NCBI RefSeq assembly: GCF_001194135.2
Contig: NC_068983.1
Coordinates: 152,342,071-152,405,564, forward strand
Origin: Octopus bimaculoides
Lineage: Eukaryota
Direction: 5' to 3'
Length of the DNA stretch: 63,494 nucleotides
A program made the position numbers and the translations under genes. The notes beneath the pieces are model-generated. The model searched no databases and was not told where the DNA came from. It saw only the letters and a list, made by a program, of their open reading frames with translations. Each line of letters begins with the position of its first letter. Within the stretch, counting starts at the first letter, position 1. Of the stretch, positions 63,030 to 63,494 are shown piece after piece.

Positions 63030-63290
63030 GTATGCATATATACATATATATGCGTGTAGAAAGAAGAGAGTCGTATATATGTGCATATCTGTCTGTGTGT
63101 GTGCGTGTGTGTGTCTGTTTCTGTGTTTGTACCGCCACCATTTTTTGACAACCTATGTTGCTGTGTTTCCGTTCCCATAACTTAGAGGTTCAGCAAAAGA
63201 ACTGATATAATAAGTAATATGTTTACAAAGAATAAATCCTGTGGTCGATTTCTTAGACAAATGGCTCACATGACTGAAACAAGTGAAACA
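63030..63290 (+). mobile_element. SINE family C, degenerate 3' half
   Basis: TTTGACAACC...ACTTAGAGGTTCAGCAAAAG...GTCGATTT...GACTGAAACAAG. Confidence 0.6.
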
Positions 63291-63446
63291 GTAATAAAAC
63301 TATGCCATTTTAATCCCGAGCAAGACCGGGTATCTCTGCTAGTATATATGTGTGTGTATTTATACGTGTGTTCCTGAGTTTGTATATATATTAATATATA
63401 TATGTATACATGTGTGTGTGTGTTTATTTATATGTGCTTGTGTTTT

Positions 63447-63494
<48 letters not shown>

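Overview
AT-rich, gap-ridden eukaryotic draft-assembly DNA. The SINE/LINE repertoire and microsatellite load look like an octopus (coleoid cephalopod); this is my recognition, not a database match. The only well-supported host coding sequence is one 609-bp minus-strand coding exon (22139-22747) of GPN-loop GTPase 2 (GPN2). A candidate YY1/ETS promoter and 5' UTR exon lie near 24.7 kb, and the 3' exons were not found. The rest is transposon debris and simple repeats: several tRNA-derived SINE families (often in (AAT)n-separated arrays), RTE, R4/Dong, HERO-like, L1/Tx1, CR1 and Penelope fragments, a Gypsy RT relic, Tc1/mariner derivatives, a hAT-Charlie MITE, and two copies of a GG-terminated MITE with 8-bp TSDs (Merlin-like). 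The most unusual signal is that four unrelated repeat families carry the same minimal type I hammerhead-ribozyme architecture with a palindromic stem III. They are a tRNA-headed SINE, a Penelope-pLTR-like repeat, an inverted-repeat element with a U3-A8 core variant, and a 152-bp tandem repeat resembling a non-LTR retrozyme. None of these has been tested for activity or novelty here.
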